A stretch of 64,000 nt of DNA from Patellaria atrata CBS 101060 (lineage: Eukaryota): assembly GCA_010093705.1 (NCBI GenBank), contig MU006089.1, forward strand, positions 1,971,561 to 2,035,560, written 5' to 3'. Under the pieces are notes generated by a model, which was given only the letters and a program-made list of their open reading frames with translations, did no database searches and was not told where the DNA came from. Shown piece after piece: positions 52,888-64,000 of this stretch (positions are counted from its first letter, which is position 1; each line of letters begins with the position of its first letter). Position numbers and translations under genes: made by a program.

Positions 52888-53378
52888 ATGCCGTCTGGAC
52901 AAGGAGGTAAGTTCACTCACTGGTTCTCAAACCATCTCCACCATACCGAAAGAATTTCCCTTTGCCTCTCATACCCCGCCGCTGACACATTTCCTCCCAG
53001 CTGGAACGAATCCGATCCACAACAAGAAGCCGAAGAAGGTGCAGAAAGAGGAGGATGAGGACGATAAGGCTTTCAAGGCCAAGCAAGCAGCTGGTGAGTC
53101 GCGACGGGCATATCTCTCAGATTACATACCTTTTCTACACATCGCCATCTTATCTTTTGTTCGGAGTAATATGGTTTTCATACTATAACTCCAAGATAAG
53201 AAGACATACCTCTTCTCGTTCTCTTTCCCATTTCTCAACCCATCATGACCTACCGTACCCCAACAACTAACCCCTACCCCTAGACAAGAAAGCCCGGGAC
53301 GAAATGGCCAAGAAAGCCAGCGGCAAAGGCCCCATGAACACCGGCCAACAAGGCATCAAGAAGTCCGGGAAGAAATGA
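52888..53378 (+). CDS. TMA7: Translation machinery-associated protein 7
   Basis: Three exons: MPSGQG..KPKK..EEDEDDKAFKAKQAADKKARDEMAKKA.GKGPMNTGQQGIKKSGKK*. Confidence 0.92.
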
Positions 53379-54027
53379 GCATTGTCCTCATCCCCTCATC
53401 CCCTCTCCTCACAAATTTCCCTGACAACTATCCACCATCACCATCTACCAACCTCCACCCACCAAGACTACGGACTTCCACATCTCAGACGATTCCACGC
53501 CACGGGAGCAGCTGGGGGTTGGCATTTGGTAGAAACCTCGGGTTTGGTAGATACGAATGAGAATGACATGAAATGATTGATGATCTGTTGCGCATTTCTG
53601 TATTAGTATATTTATCCATAGGTGAAAACCGCACAGCCCCGGAGCCTACCCCTCCCCTTCCCATTATCCTACCACCACGCATCATCACTACCCATGGAAT
53701 CTTACAAATCATCCAAAGAGTCAAAGAGCAACCGTTTCCATATAGGTATCTCAGCACATTAACGCTATCCAAAGCCGCTTCTCTACCCTATCATACAGAA
53801 CCCCCTACCCCTTCGCTCACCCGTAAGCAATATATCCCGCTTCCCCACTACTCACCAGAATCCCGCCCAAGACCAAATTTTCAGATATCCACCCCACAGC
53901 CCTGCCAGGCCATCCGTATGCAGCACGTACCGTACAAATGAAACTCGTGGGTATAATCATACAAGAACACCAACTGACGTAACAGGCTAGCCCAGCAGCC
54001 CTCAAACGTCAAATCGCCAGGCCTCCT

Positions 54028-56098
54028 CTACCCCGTGACTCGCCTAACCCAAAATGCACTCGGTTCCGCACCCTCGCACTCCTCCTTCCTCTTCCACGCC
54101 CTATGCAGCCTCAATCCCACCTCATGTTCCATCTGCCTGACATCCGCAAGATCCTCCTCCAGCTGCTTGAGCTTCGTGCCCGTTTCCCTCATGACCTTAA
54201 ACCCGACCACGACGGGGCTTTGCGCCCGCAGGTTCTGTATGTCGCGCATGACCTTCTGCAGGTTGCGGCGCTGGAGGGCCAGATCCTCGAGCTGCGCTTC
54301 GAGAGAGGAGACGAGGTCCGTGGAGCTGAGGGTCGGAGGGGACATGGGGAGGGCTTTTTCGCCTGGATTGGTGGAGGTGCGGCGGGAGGTTGTGCTGATT
54401 TGAGACATGTGGTGCGGTTTGGGGAGTGATTTGGGCGTGGGTATGGATTCTTCAGGAGAAGGAACGGGTTTACGGGTGGCGGGTGTTGGAGTTGAGGTTG
54501 CGGCTGCAGTGTTGGTGGCGAGGGGCCGACGGCGGTTGAGGAGCGGAGAGGGCGGTTTGACGGGTGTTTGCGTGGCGATCATAATTGGCATAGGGGGAGG
54601 AGGACTTGGAGGTGGGGAGTGGTGATATTCGGACGTGGTATACGTAGTCCAGCTAAAGCGGCTGCTCGGTTCTCTATGCTCTGGTCTATTAATGCTAGCG
54701 ACGGTATCGATGGACTTGCGCTGCACGGCGTGACGAGGAGCTTCACTCTCAAGTCTCGACACGAGCTTCGTCGGGTGCGATCTTAAAGGTGCCGGCGCTG
54801 CTGACGTGGGCGTGCTCTGTCCGTAATGCACATGAGTGCTTGGAGTTATCGGACTGGGATACGGATTACCAGCAATGCCATTGTGCGTCGGAGAGGACAA
54901 AGGTGAGGACATATAACGAGGAGGACTATTGCGACCAACTTTAAGGGGTACGATGGGCTTGATTGGTTCGTCGTCTAGATGCGTGAGGTCCATGTGTGAT
55001 GCGACTTGAGGTGTTTCAGCCTCCGGGGATTTGGCTCTTCTAGCCGAGGAAGGGGTGTTGCTACTAGAGCGATCTGATTCAGGTGGGCTCGGTCGTTTTG
55101 AACTCCGGCGGGGAATCGGAACTGGTGATTGATAAGGTAAAGGTTTATCAGCAACTGGTTCTACAATTGTTTCTCGTCCTGAAGCTCCTTTCCAAGGTGG
55201 CCGAGTATCGACGGACAAAAGCGCTTTGTTACCGAATTTCTGGGCCTTTTCGACTAACGGTTTCTTTTGCTTTGTATTACCAGCACTTACAGAAACATCA
55301 TAACCCATCTTTAATCCATGAGGTGTCAGAGTATTTGGATAAGCATAGAATATGTCTCCCCCAGGCTTCACTTGTGGTGGTTTGCCAGTTGCGCTAGGTT
55401 CACCGGAAAAATCATCCCAGCGTGTCGTGCGATCACCAGGATTGACTTGCTTGGGTAAAAGAGATTGATTATAGATGGGAGATGTTGCGTTTGTTTGGCG
55501 TGGGTGTTCAGCTCCAGGGTGCGGTTTTCGAGGGATTGGGATATGACTCGAATATCGATTCGACCTTGAGCCCGTATGTAAATTTAACTCCTCCTCTACA
55601 GGTGAGACGCTTCGACTCCTAACATATCCTCCCTCTTGTGGGCGTGGTGATTCTGGAGAGCTTGGCGGGGAGACCTCATAATGCGTATGCTTCGGCGCTG
55701 CATTTTGCTGTCCGTCCCACTCATTCGGTTGTGTCGGTGGCGATGGTTGCGAATATACAGATGAAACTACTCCAGTCCTCTCGAAGTTCTCATAATATTG
55801 GTGTGGTAAGGGTTCTGTTCGTTTACTATATGCTGGTTAGTAAATCGACTAGGCTGAGTCTCGTGTAAACATACAATGGGAGAGAGGGTATTCGTGGAGA
55901 GGGGTCTTGTGAAGATGAGCGCTTGTGATATAATGCTTCTGGAGATGTTGGTCCTGGGCCTTTAACGCTTGTTGGGCTATTGAGCGTAGATATATCTTGG
56001 AGGCTTCGTAGAGCCCTTTCGTCGTACGTAGTCTCCAATAATACCGGATTGCCGATCATCCTGTCCTTCCGTTTATAGCTTGCAATGTTCTTAAACAT
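54028..56098 (-). CDS. Pro/Ser-rich hypothetical protein with C-terminal coiled coil
   Basis: N-terminal exon MFKNIASYK..IGNPVLLETTYD, a probable intron near 55810-55866, and the C-terminus EHEVGLRLHRAWKR..FWVRRVTG. Confidence 0.75.
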
Positions 56099-57167
56099 GA
56101 TGAATATGGATGATCATAAACCTAAAGCTGTTTCGCTAGAACTGAGGCTGACACCGTCTTGTCGCAAGCTGAGAGGGGTAAAACAGAGAGAAACAGAATC
56201 GAATCTTAAAACCGGTGATTCGACTAAACGGAGAAGGATAGACTTTTGGATGACTGAAGGTATAAGGAGTGAATATAGAATACTTATGTCGAATCTCCAG
56301 GAACCGGCATCCAATGTTGATGGGTAACAAGGAAGTATTAGAGGGTTTGAGAAGAATCGCAAGGGCGGTTCGGGTCTAGAGACGAAGAGAGCAGCTGTTT
56401 AGACCTTTCAAAGCGTGTCAAGAATGGAATTCATGCAGGAACGAAAAGGGAGAAACAGAAGTCCAATCAACTTCCTTTACGAGCGATTTACCAGATAGAT
56501 CTGGCGTTGTGTTTCATGCAAACACTCGTGGTTTCAGGATGAGCAGAGCCGAGGCGCGTGCAAAGAACGACTGGACGCGACTCAGGAGATGTAGAAAATA
56601 AATATTCAGTCTCAAGAGCGCGGTTCTCTATAGTCGCTGAGGGTGAGCGACTCGCCGGTACATGAATATGGCCTGAAGAAGATCTTGTATAGGAATTATC
56701 AGATGCAACGCGGTGTCACTGTTGGCGATGTTGGATTGAATGCTTAATCCACCATGTGGCCCCTTTTTGCAGCTTTTACGCTTTGTTCTCCAAGTGGCTT
56801 GTTGATGCACAGCAGCGCAAAAAGTTCCTAGAATATCTCCGTGCTTGTTCGACAGAAGTAAAATCAATATGTTTGTTCACGATATGAGTGCTTCCAGGGT
56901 TCGAATGTACTAAAGGAGAGAATATTCAATATTGAAAATTGTCTGTCGGATGAGGCATTGTGGGACAAGCAGAAAGTCGTTGACCGGGGGGCACCAAAGT
57001 GACTTCTCCCCTGGCAACCCCCCCCCCACCCCCCACTACGGTACAGTAGGTAATAAAACGTTCCACTTTCGTCATCCCATAGAGCTCCAACACCAAACTC
57101 GCCATCAACTTTCTCGCCCATAATGAATGCCGAACACCTACGCCACGAAGTTCATCAAGAACAATCC

Positions 57168-57786
57168 ATGGCTGACAGTACGTCCCCTTCAGACTCTCAA
57201 CCAGCCCCAACACTAACGCCCCTCACAGCAACCCCCCCTCCAGCGGCAGAAGTGTAAGTAATCCACCGCAAACTCCCCGACCCCAACACGCAAACATTCG
57301 CCTAACACATGCAGCGCACCGGTCCTAACCCCCATCAACATCCTCCTCCTCTCCCTCTTCTTCCTGATGGTCTACCTCCGTCTTCGCCCACGGGTCCCTC
57401 CGACCCTCCCCCGCGCCTCCCCACCCACCGTCTTCCGCACCTTCACGCCACGCACCCTGCTCCCCTTCAACGGCCTTAACAACACCCCGGTCTACCTCGC
57501 CGTGCGCGGCCAGGTCTTCGACGTCTCCCCGGGCCGCAACTTCTACGGCCCAGGCGGCCCTTATGCCAACTTCGCGGGTCGCGATGCGTCGAGGGGTCTG
57601 GCGTGTGGGAGTTTCGACGAGGAGATGTTGACGAAGGATTTGGATGGCCCGCTTGATACGTTGGAAGGGCTGGGAGAGGAGGAGTTGGAGGCGTTGAGGG
57701 GGTGGGAGGAGAGATTTTCGGAGAAGTATTTGGTTGTCGGGAAGTTGGTGCCGGTTGGGAGTGAGGAGGCCAAGGGTGCGGAATAG
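57168..57786 (+). CDS. DAP1: Membrane-associated progesterone receptor/cytochrome b5-like heme-binding protein (Dap1/PGRMC)
   Basis: TM anchor; FTPRTL..FNG, VYLAVRGQVFDVS.GRNFYGPGGPYANFAGRDASRGLA and KYLVVGKL; two short 5' introns. Confidence 0.92.
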
Positions 57787-58339
57787 ACGGCTTTACGGGT
57801 TTGAAGAAAGTGGTTAGATGGGGATGAGATGCGGGAAAGTGTGTCGGATTTTCATACCAGGCCAGAGTATCACGGTCCCATAATCTAGGTATAGAAGGAA
57901 TAGGTTCTCTAGATTCCCGGTCTTTGCATGCAGTTGCCACGTTTTGAGTCGAAAAGTCCGAGCGTAGAGCTCCAGGGAGAATGGAATATGCAATGTCATT
58001 CACACATGGTTGCTAAGTTTCGAACTTGATCTGGACTATACATACGGTTGTATCATTCTTTGTTGGTTTTAATGCTTTGGGTGCCTTTCCCCTAATCCAC
58101 TAAATGCACGCTTTCAAATAACAGGATTATATAGCAGTATAGTATATGCTTGTATCAACATTCAGTATGAGACATGAAGATAGTCCTTGAAGGCTGACAA
58201 TGCCTGAGATGAGTACATAGCAGAAACTTATTTCAATAGCCATGATAGGAAATTCCGTATCATTCAGTTAAATATCGGTCTATCCACCATGGGAAAAGTT
58301 CGTCAGGTCGCTCCTGTATACCTGCGAATCGACTCACAA

Positions 58340-59770
58340 TTACTCCTCTGGATCTCGTCCACTACGCTTCTTCATCTCCACGAGATACTCCTCATCGGTC
58401 TCTAGGTCAAATGGTAGTGGACGAATTATGGGCGTGATAGACATACTCCTCTCTTCGAGTTGCTTAAGTCTCGCCGCCGTTGACGGATGGAAGCGGTTGA
58501 TACTGTATACCTTAATCCTATGGCACGACGAGGTGACATGCAAGTCCCAGTTCCTCCATATTGTCAGCATATTCACCGTACAAATCTCATAGTCTTTAAA
58601 CTCGCCGAACACTCCTCACAGACGTCGGTTGCGTATCCAACGCATTATCCCAAGTCCAAACACAGAACTCCAACCAGCCCTCCGCATCAACTGGGAGATC
58701 GATTTCCCAGAGCCTCCACGCATGGTAGTACTTGGTGCTAAGGTTTTCGTATGGAACCTCATATCACACGCTTCTACCATCCACACTAACCTCCGCACGT
58801 TCAGGCCAGTGTCCACTACCACGGTGCGGAGAGGATAGCCGTGGATTTTGGGGAGGGGTTGACTATTCATCTCCTAGGCTAGGGGGAGTTCATTGGCCTT
58901 GACCTTTCGCCAAGGAACGCTGACGATGTAGTTGTAGACCTGCTCTTTCTTGAAATAGGTGTCTGCGCCGTAGGATTCGAAATGTTTTGGCGCCCTCCTT
59001 GAGGCCGCCGCAGTACTTGATGACTTTCTTGAGACTGACACCGGTCCATCTCGCAGTTCCTATGGTGCCCTCGCCCGATGGTGCGTTGATCAGTTCGTCA
59101 CCGTCACCAAAGTATTCGTAGATTTGCTCGATGCGGCGAGTACCGTTGTATTGCAGGGTCACAACATTACTCTGTCTGGAAAAGAGCTCCTCGTTCATGA
59201 GATCCTTCAGTGTGAGCTTCTTGGGATCATTAATGAGGCTGGTGATGTCAAGTGTGTAGGTCTCTGCTTCGATTTCTGGAATCCCGCCGTGGTTGCGGAC
59301 GAAATGATCAGATTTTTGGGTGACCTCAGTTGTAACTAGACAGTCTCGATTCTGTTCGCCGTTGTAGGGAAACTGAAGGACATGGATCATATCCTTACTC
59401 TTCTCATGTTTGACATAGTCCCAAGAGATTGCAGGGAGGTCTTTAAGGGTTATACCGACAGCATAGTGGTACTGCTTCCAACGGACACCTTCGAGAATAG
59501 GGTTAGTATCTGGAAGAGGTACCAGCTGCAACTCGGGAGGGTTTGAAAGATAGTTAATGACTAGGTTGAAAACATGCAAACACTTGAGAAGAGCTTACAG
59601 GTGCAAATTTATATTTAAACAAGATTTCAGCAACTTCTTTCTTCTTCTCCGGGTAACGTTCCCATTCTATGTAACCTTTCCATCATTCCGTCTCTTCTGC
59701 AAAGTATGGCTCCTTATCTATTGTTTTGAAAGCTTTTTGGGGGGTCAGGGGAGGAGTTATGTGGTACAAA
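58340..59770 (-). pseudogene. Sulfite oxidase-like molybdopterin oxidoreductase pseudogene
   Basis: HFVRNHGGIP, TARWTGVSL, IHGYPLR and NWDLHVTSSCHR motifs. Lesions: frameshift at 58985-58988, stops at 58874-58876 and 58764-58766, Moco Cys replaced (LQYNG), and an internal deletion. Confidence 0.9.
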
Positions 59771-60667
59771 AGTTGATACTACACGATCGACGAGAGCCAA
59801 TTTATTGAAGCAACAAACATCAAATACAGCATGAAAATAAGAAAAATATTAGCGGAATATAAATGAATATGTATTTCTGCTAATCCCACCAAGTCTAGAC
59901 CATTACTAGATAATGCTACTGCTTGATAACAGTGACAGTAGAACGACATACTGCCCTCACTGCACGTAATTACATCCTTACCTATGATAGAACGAGTACC
60001 TATACCAAGATATCTAGGTCTATTGGCTAGAATTGCTTGTTCGGATGTCAAATCGGGTTGTAATGCTGCCATAGCATCATGCCTAATGTTCCGGGGGATA
60101 TTGGGCCACATATGATAAGGGATTAAAGTGTCGCGACCACTGCGAGATTAACATCCTTTCATTCTTTACGGCTATAACCACATTGACATATAACGCCGGT
60201 TCTACACAAGGAAATGGAAAAGACAGTGCGGGAGAGGTGGAGAAGAAGGTATCTAAGCGGAAGCATTTCAGCTTCTCGTAGAACCTCAAAAACTTTCCAG
60301 TGCTGTTGCCTGGTAGTTCTTTCCCTACTCGGAAAAGGAGACATTGACGCACTTCACTCATTAGTTCTATCTCTTCACACAAATCATCCAAAAGAGTTTA
60401 TCTTAGTATAGGTAATGGCGTTCACCTCACATTATAACCGTTTTTTATTCAGTGTGATTGAGGTTAAAGCACTTCAAAAAGAACACTACATCAAGTAGGG
60501 AAACGATTATTGTACTGTACACTCAGGAGGTTGTCACTTACTAACAATCCTCATTAGGTACGTTTTCATCAAATAGTCTTTTTGATCCTTCTACCTATTA
60601 TTCTCGACGGAGCAATATACTCAAGAGGAAAGAGGGCTCTTGATCGTCACTACCTCATGATACCACA

Positions 60668-62192
60668 ATGGATCACATTAATACCTTCCCCAACGAGCTA
60701 CTTTACGAAATTGCCCTCTTCGTTGCCACTAGCTCAGAACCAACCAGCGATCTTCTCTCAATGTGTCTAGTTTGCCACCAGTGCTATAATATCACGAAAA
60801 GAGTTCTGTATCGCAATATCAAAGTGAAATACATCGGTAGTAAGGTAATTGCAATTGCCCGCTCCATTTTGGATGACAAAGACAAAGCGCAAGCCACTCG
60901 AAGCCTTAGGTCTAGGTTGGTCGCGATAGACGGCTATCCATCCTGTGCGCCAGAGTCGGACCACCGTTCTATTGTACCAGCCCTTTTGGCTGCTTCATTC
61001 AGAAATAGAATCCCTGAAAATAACTTTGGATACGAACGTAATGATGGAGCGCCATATTTCGTGTTCCTCTTGATATTCTGCAGATGAAGAACCTCAGATC
61101 GCTTGTTACTCCTGAACTAGGCATGTGTAGATCGGATCCATTTTCCGAGAGCGTATCACTTAGGGGCTCTGCCCCATATTCAAGCTCTTCAGACGATACT
61201 TCCAGGGCTTCGCCGTCTCTACTTCAGAAGTATCCAATATACATACACTCAACGGACCCCGGGACCGTTCACGTTTCTTTTCCCCATACCAGAAGGGGTC
61301 ATAGCTCATAATACCCCCTTAACAACTCGCCGAAGTCTTAGATTTCGAAAATCCCAATTCGAACCTCATACGGTGTACAAAATTCTTGAATCCTGTCGGG
61401 CAGTTGGAAAATTTTAGTCTAAGAGGATGTTTTACAGACGGACACGATAGGACTAATCGAGCCCGTGTTTGCCCGTCTCAGTTCATGAGCGCGCTCATGC
61501 GTTTCCGAGAGTCCTTGAAAAACTTTGAAGCAATTGGTAATTACCCGATCCTGTTCTCGGACCGTTTAAAAGTGTTTACGAAGTTAACATCTGTTACCTT
61601 AGGTTGTGGTGAATTTTGTAAAGCCGTAGGAGCACCTAAAGAAATGTTGGACTATCGGCCGCCCGAGCCACCAACCAGCAGCCCAGACTTGCTACTACCG
61701 CAGTCACTACAAGAGCCGCATGTCAGGAATTATAAGGACATACAGGCTCCATCCAGCTCTGCAGTGGAGCAAGTACTGGAAGCAGCGCAGGTTCTTCCAC
61801 GCTCGAAGAAAACTGGATCCGCACCTCATCTTAAGCTTCTACGTATCGACCTATTCCGTATAAGATCAAGAGATGTAATGGCTTCTGTGTGGTCCAGATA
61901 TCCTAGCCCGAGGAACTATGAAAGTGATTTTCTTGATTCGGGGATATCTTTAGTTAGAAACTTATACGACTCGATGCTGCTCCGGAAAGCGAAACCCGGT
62001 ACACCGCTACTAAAGAGGACATATTCTCGGATTACTCCGACGAGGGAGACGATGATAGTGTACTATCTTCGCGCACTCCGTGCGATTTTCCAGAGTATGA
62101 CGACGAATTTTCGGACGCTGAAAGCGAATCTTAAAGAGCATAGCGATGAGCTTTCAGATGATGATACCGAGTATGAAGAAATACAGAGCTAG
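60668..62192 (+). pseudogene. F-box-like/LRR-like protein gene, fragmented (copy 1)
   Basis: MDHINTFPNELLYEIA..DLLSMCLVCHQ....KRVLYR F-box-like N-terminus; coding sequence split over three frames (60668, 61084, 61386). Confidence 0.6.
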
Positions 62193-62666
62193 GATTGTGA
62201 ATAAGACAGCTTCTGAAGAATAAAGAGACACAATATGACTGTGACTGATTCAGTGAACTGGAGTGGCTGGAGCACTTCAGTCTGAAAACCCTGTTCGAAG
62301 ATGTAGCCGCCATTTTCGAATACTCCCTCTTATGTTATGGCATCTTTCTCAGTTGCTGTACATTCGCTCTCAAAATAGCTTCCGGCTCTTTGTACAAGAA
62401 AAGCTTGAATGAACAAAAGATGCCCAGCATTTCGTAGGACTTGGCCATATGGACGCTGAAAACGTCTCTCAATAATTATCCCAACTGGGATAATGAATAT
62501 GATCAACGGTGAAAGAAATATGCACAGTAATAAGGCCTACGATACCAACCACGTGAGTGATACAACCTAGAAAACGCGTACCGTTTCGAAAATTCGCAAC
62601 TCCGACGGGACTCATAATCGAAAAAACAATTCGGCTCCGTGACCGAAACGACCAACGAATGCGACA

Positions 62667-63981
62667 ATGGATCACATCAACACGCTCCCGAATGAGCTGC
62701 TTCAAAAATCGCGTTCGCTGTCGTTGATGGATCCAAATCAATACCAGATCTACTGTCCATGTCACTCGTATCCCGCAGATTCCACGTTATCACAAAATGA
62801 GCTTTGTATAGAGATATTACTGTGGAGGACTCTTGCGATAAGATCGTCTGCCTTGCCCGTGCTATACTGGATTATGAAGAGGTAATAGAGGTGGCTCGGA
62901 GTATCAAGTCGATAAGAAGCAATTGTTTTGCTTTGGTAAATCGCAACCACAAGAAATCGTACACTAGAGTCGATCCAGACGAGATAAGCTGCAATATACG
63001 CCGTATATGGGGGTTCAAGGATGAGGATTCTATTCTACCTAGACTTAAGCTACTCTTACGGGAAGAGATTCCCAATGTTGAGTGGAAATCTGACCACGAT
63101 AGCAGAGATGCCCACACAGCCTTTATCTTAATCCTTCTTCAACTAAGCAAGCTAGAATCGGTTGAGATGCCTTTACCTACGTTCGGAGACGTCTCTTTGA
63201 AGTCGTTATGCTAAGAAACCAACAGTCGGGGGTGGGATTAGGTCGCCAGACATTGCGTCAGCTGCTCATCAGGGGTAATAAGCCAGCAAGTAAGAGCATA
63301 TGCACTGGCCGGTATCCGCTATACCTGGAACAAAATTAATACCACAACGACACGATGCGATTACCAGACCGTAACTCGCCTTTGGCTACCCTTCAGACCC
63401 TTCACATAGCCCGCTGCAGCACCAACGTTGACTTAGTCTGCAACCTTCTTGAGGATTGTGTAAAACTCCAATACCTCACACTATACAAGGTTCATCGTAC
63501 GCATTCAATGGACAAGTCTCGTAACCTTGACATGTCTATAAGCTCATTGGGAGATAATTTGAGGTCGTTAGCATGCGTATTGAGTACAGTCAGTATACTC
63601 CGGTCTTCCTTAAAGGGATTCAAAATGCTATTCTCAGTTACTATTGACGAATGGTAAGTATCCAAACTCGCACGCAATCACGGGGACCCGTTCGCGTCAC
63701 TACCTCTTAGTACCAGAGAAATAAATATGAAGGCCGTGAGCCAAGAGGACCTGTATTTCCTTTTCGGTCACGTATCCATGTTGCCGACGCTCAAAGTTAC
63801 CGAACTTTTGCCACAGCTTCAAATCGTGCGTCTCTACATCAAGGGTAGCATTACAGAGACTAAGTACGCACACACCGTCTGGACACTGGTTGAGGATATC
63901 AAAGAAATCTCTCAAGTCTTCCTCGATGCTGGTATAAAACTTTTGATCTGTGCTTACGAATGGAAAAAGAGCCTCAACTAG
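62667..63981 (+). pseudogene. F-box-like/LRR-like protein pseudogene (tandem copy 2)
   Basis: MDHINTLPNELL, then a frameshift at about 62705 and TGA at 62798-62800; aligns with copy 1 (DLLSM.LV, LYR.I.V, ARAILD); further breaks downstream. Confidence 0.72.
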
Positions 63982-64000
63982 ATCTTGGAGCGTAATAGCC

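Overview
Intron-rich, gene-dense chromosomal DNA from a filamentous ascomycete (Pezizomycotina, possibly a Dothideomycete); there are no CRISPR arrays or intact transposons. Most of the window is housekeeping genes: an M14 carboxypeptidase, hacA/HAC1 with a clear 20-nt Ire1-type intron, NIC96, MED27, PRMT1, an RNPS1-like SR protein, a CaiB-type CoA-transferase, RIB5, RPL13, an LRR protein, a cyclin K/T-like protein, HRI1, a Zn2Cys6 factor, TMA7 and DAP1. Five things stand out. (1) A tRNA-derived Pol III-type unit at 12159-12262 has A and B boxes but folds into a 20-bp terminal stem instead of a cloverleaf. (2) A compact candidate biosynthetic cluster at 13.4-22.0 kb has no PKS or NRPS; it comprises an MFS transporter, a peroxisomal acyl/aryl-CoA ligase, an alpha-oxoamine synthase paralogue and a His-bearing membrane protein. 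(3) Sharp, strand-symmetric C-rich to G-rich skew switches recur every few kb. (4) TACAGTA motifs cluster densely upstream of hacA. (5) A decaying tract at 58-64 kb holds a RIP-like mutated sulfite-oxidase pseudogene and two tandem F-box-like pseudogenes. Exon boundaries were inferred by eye and no database searches were run.
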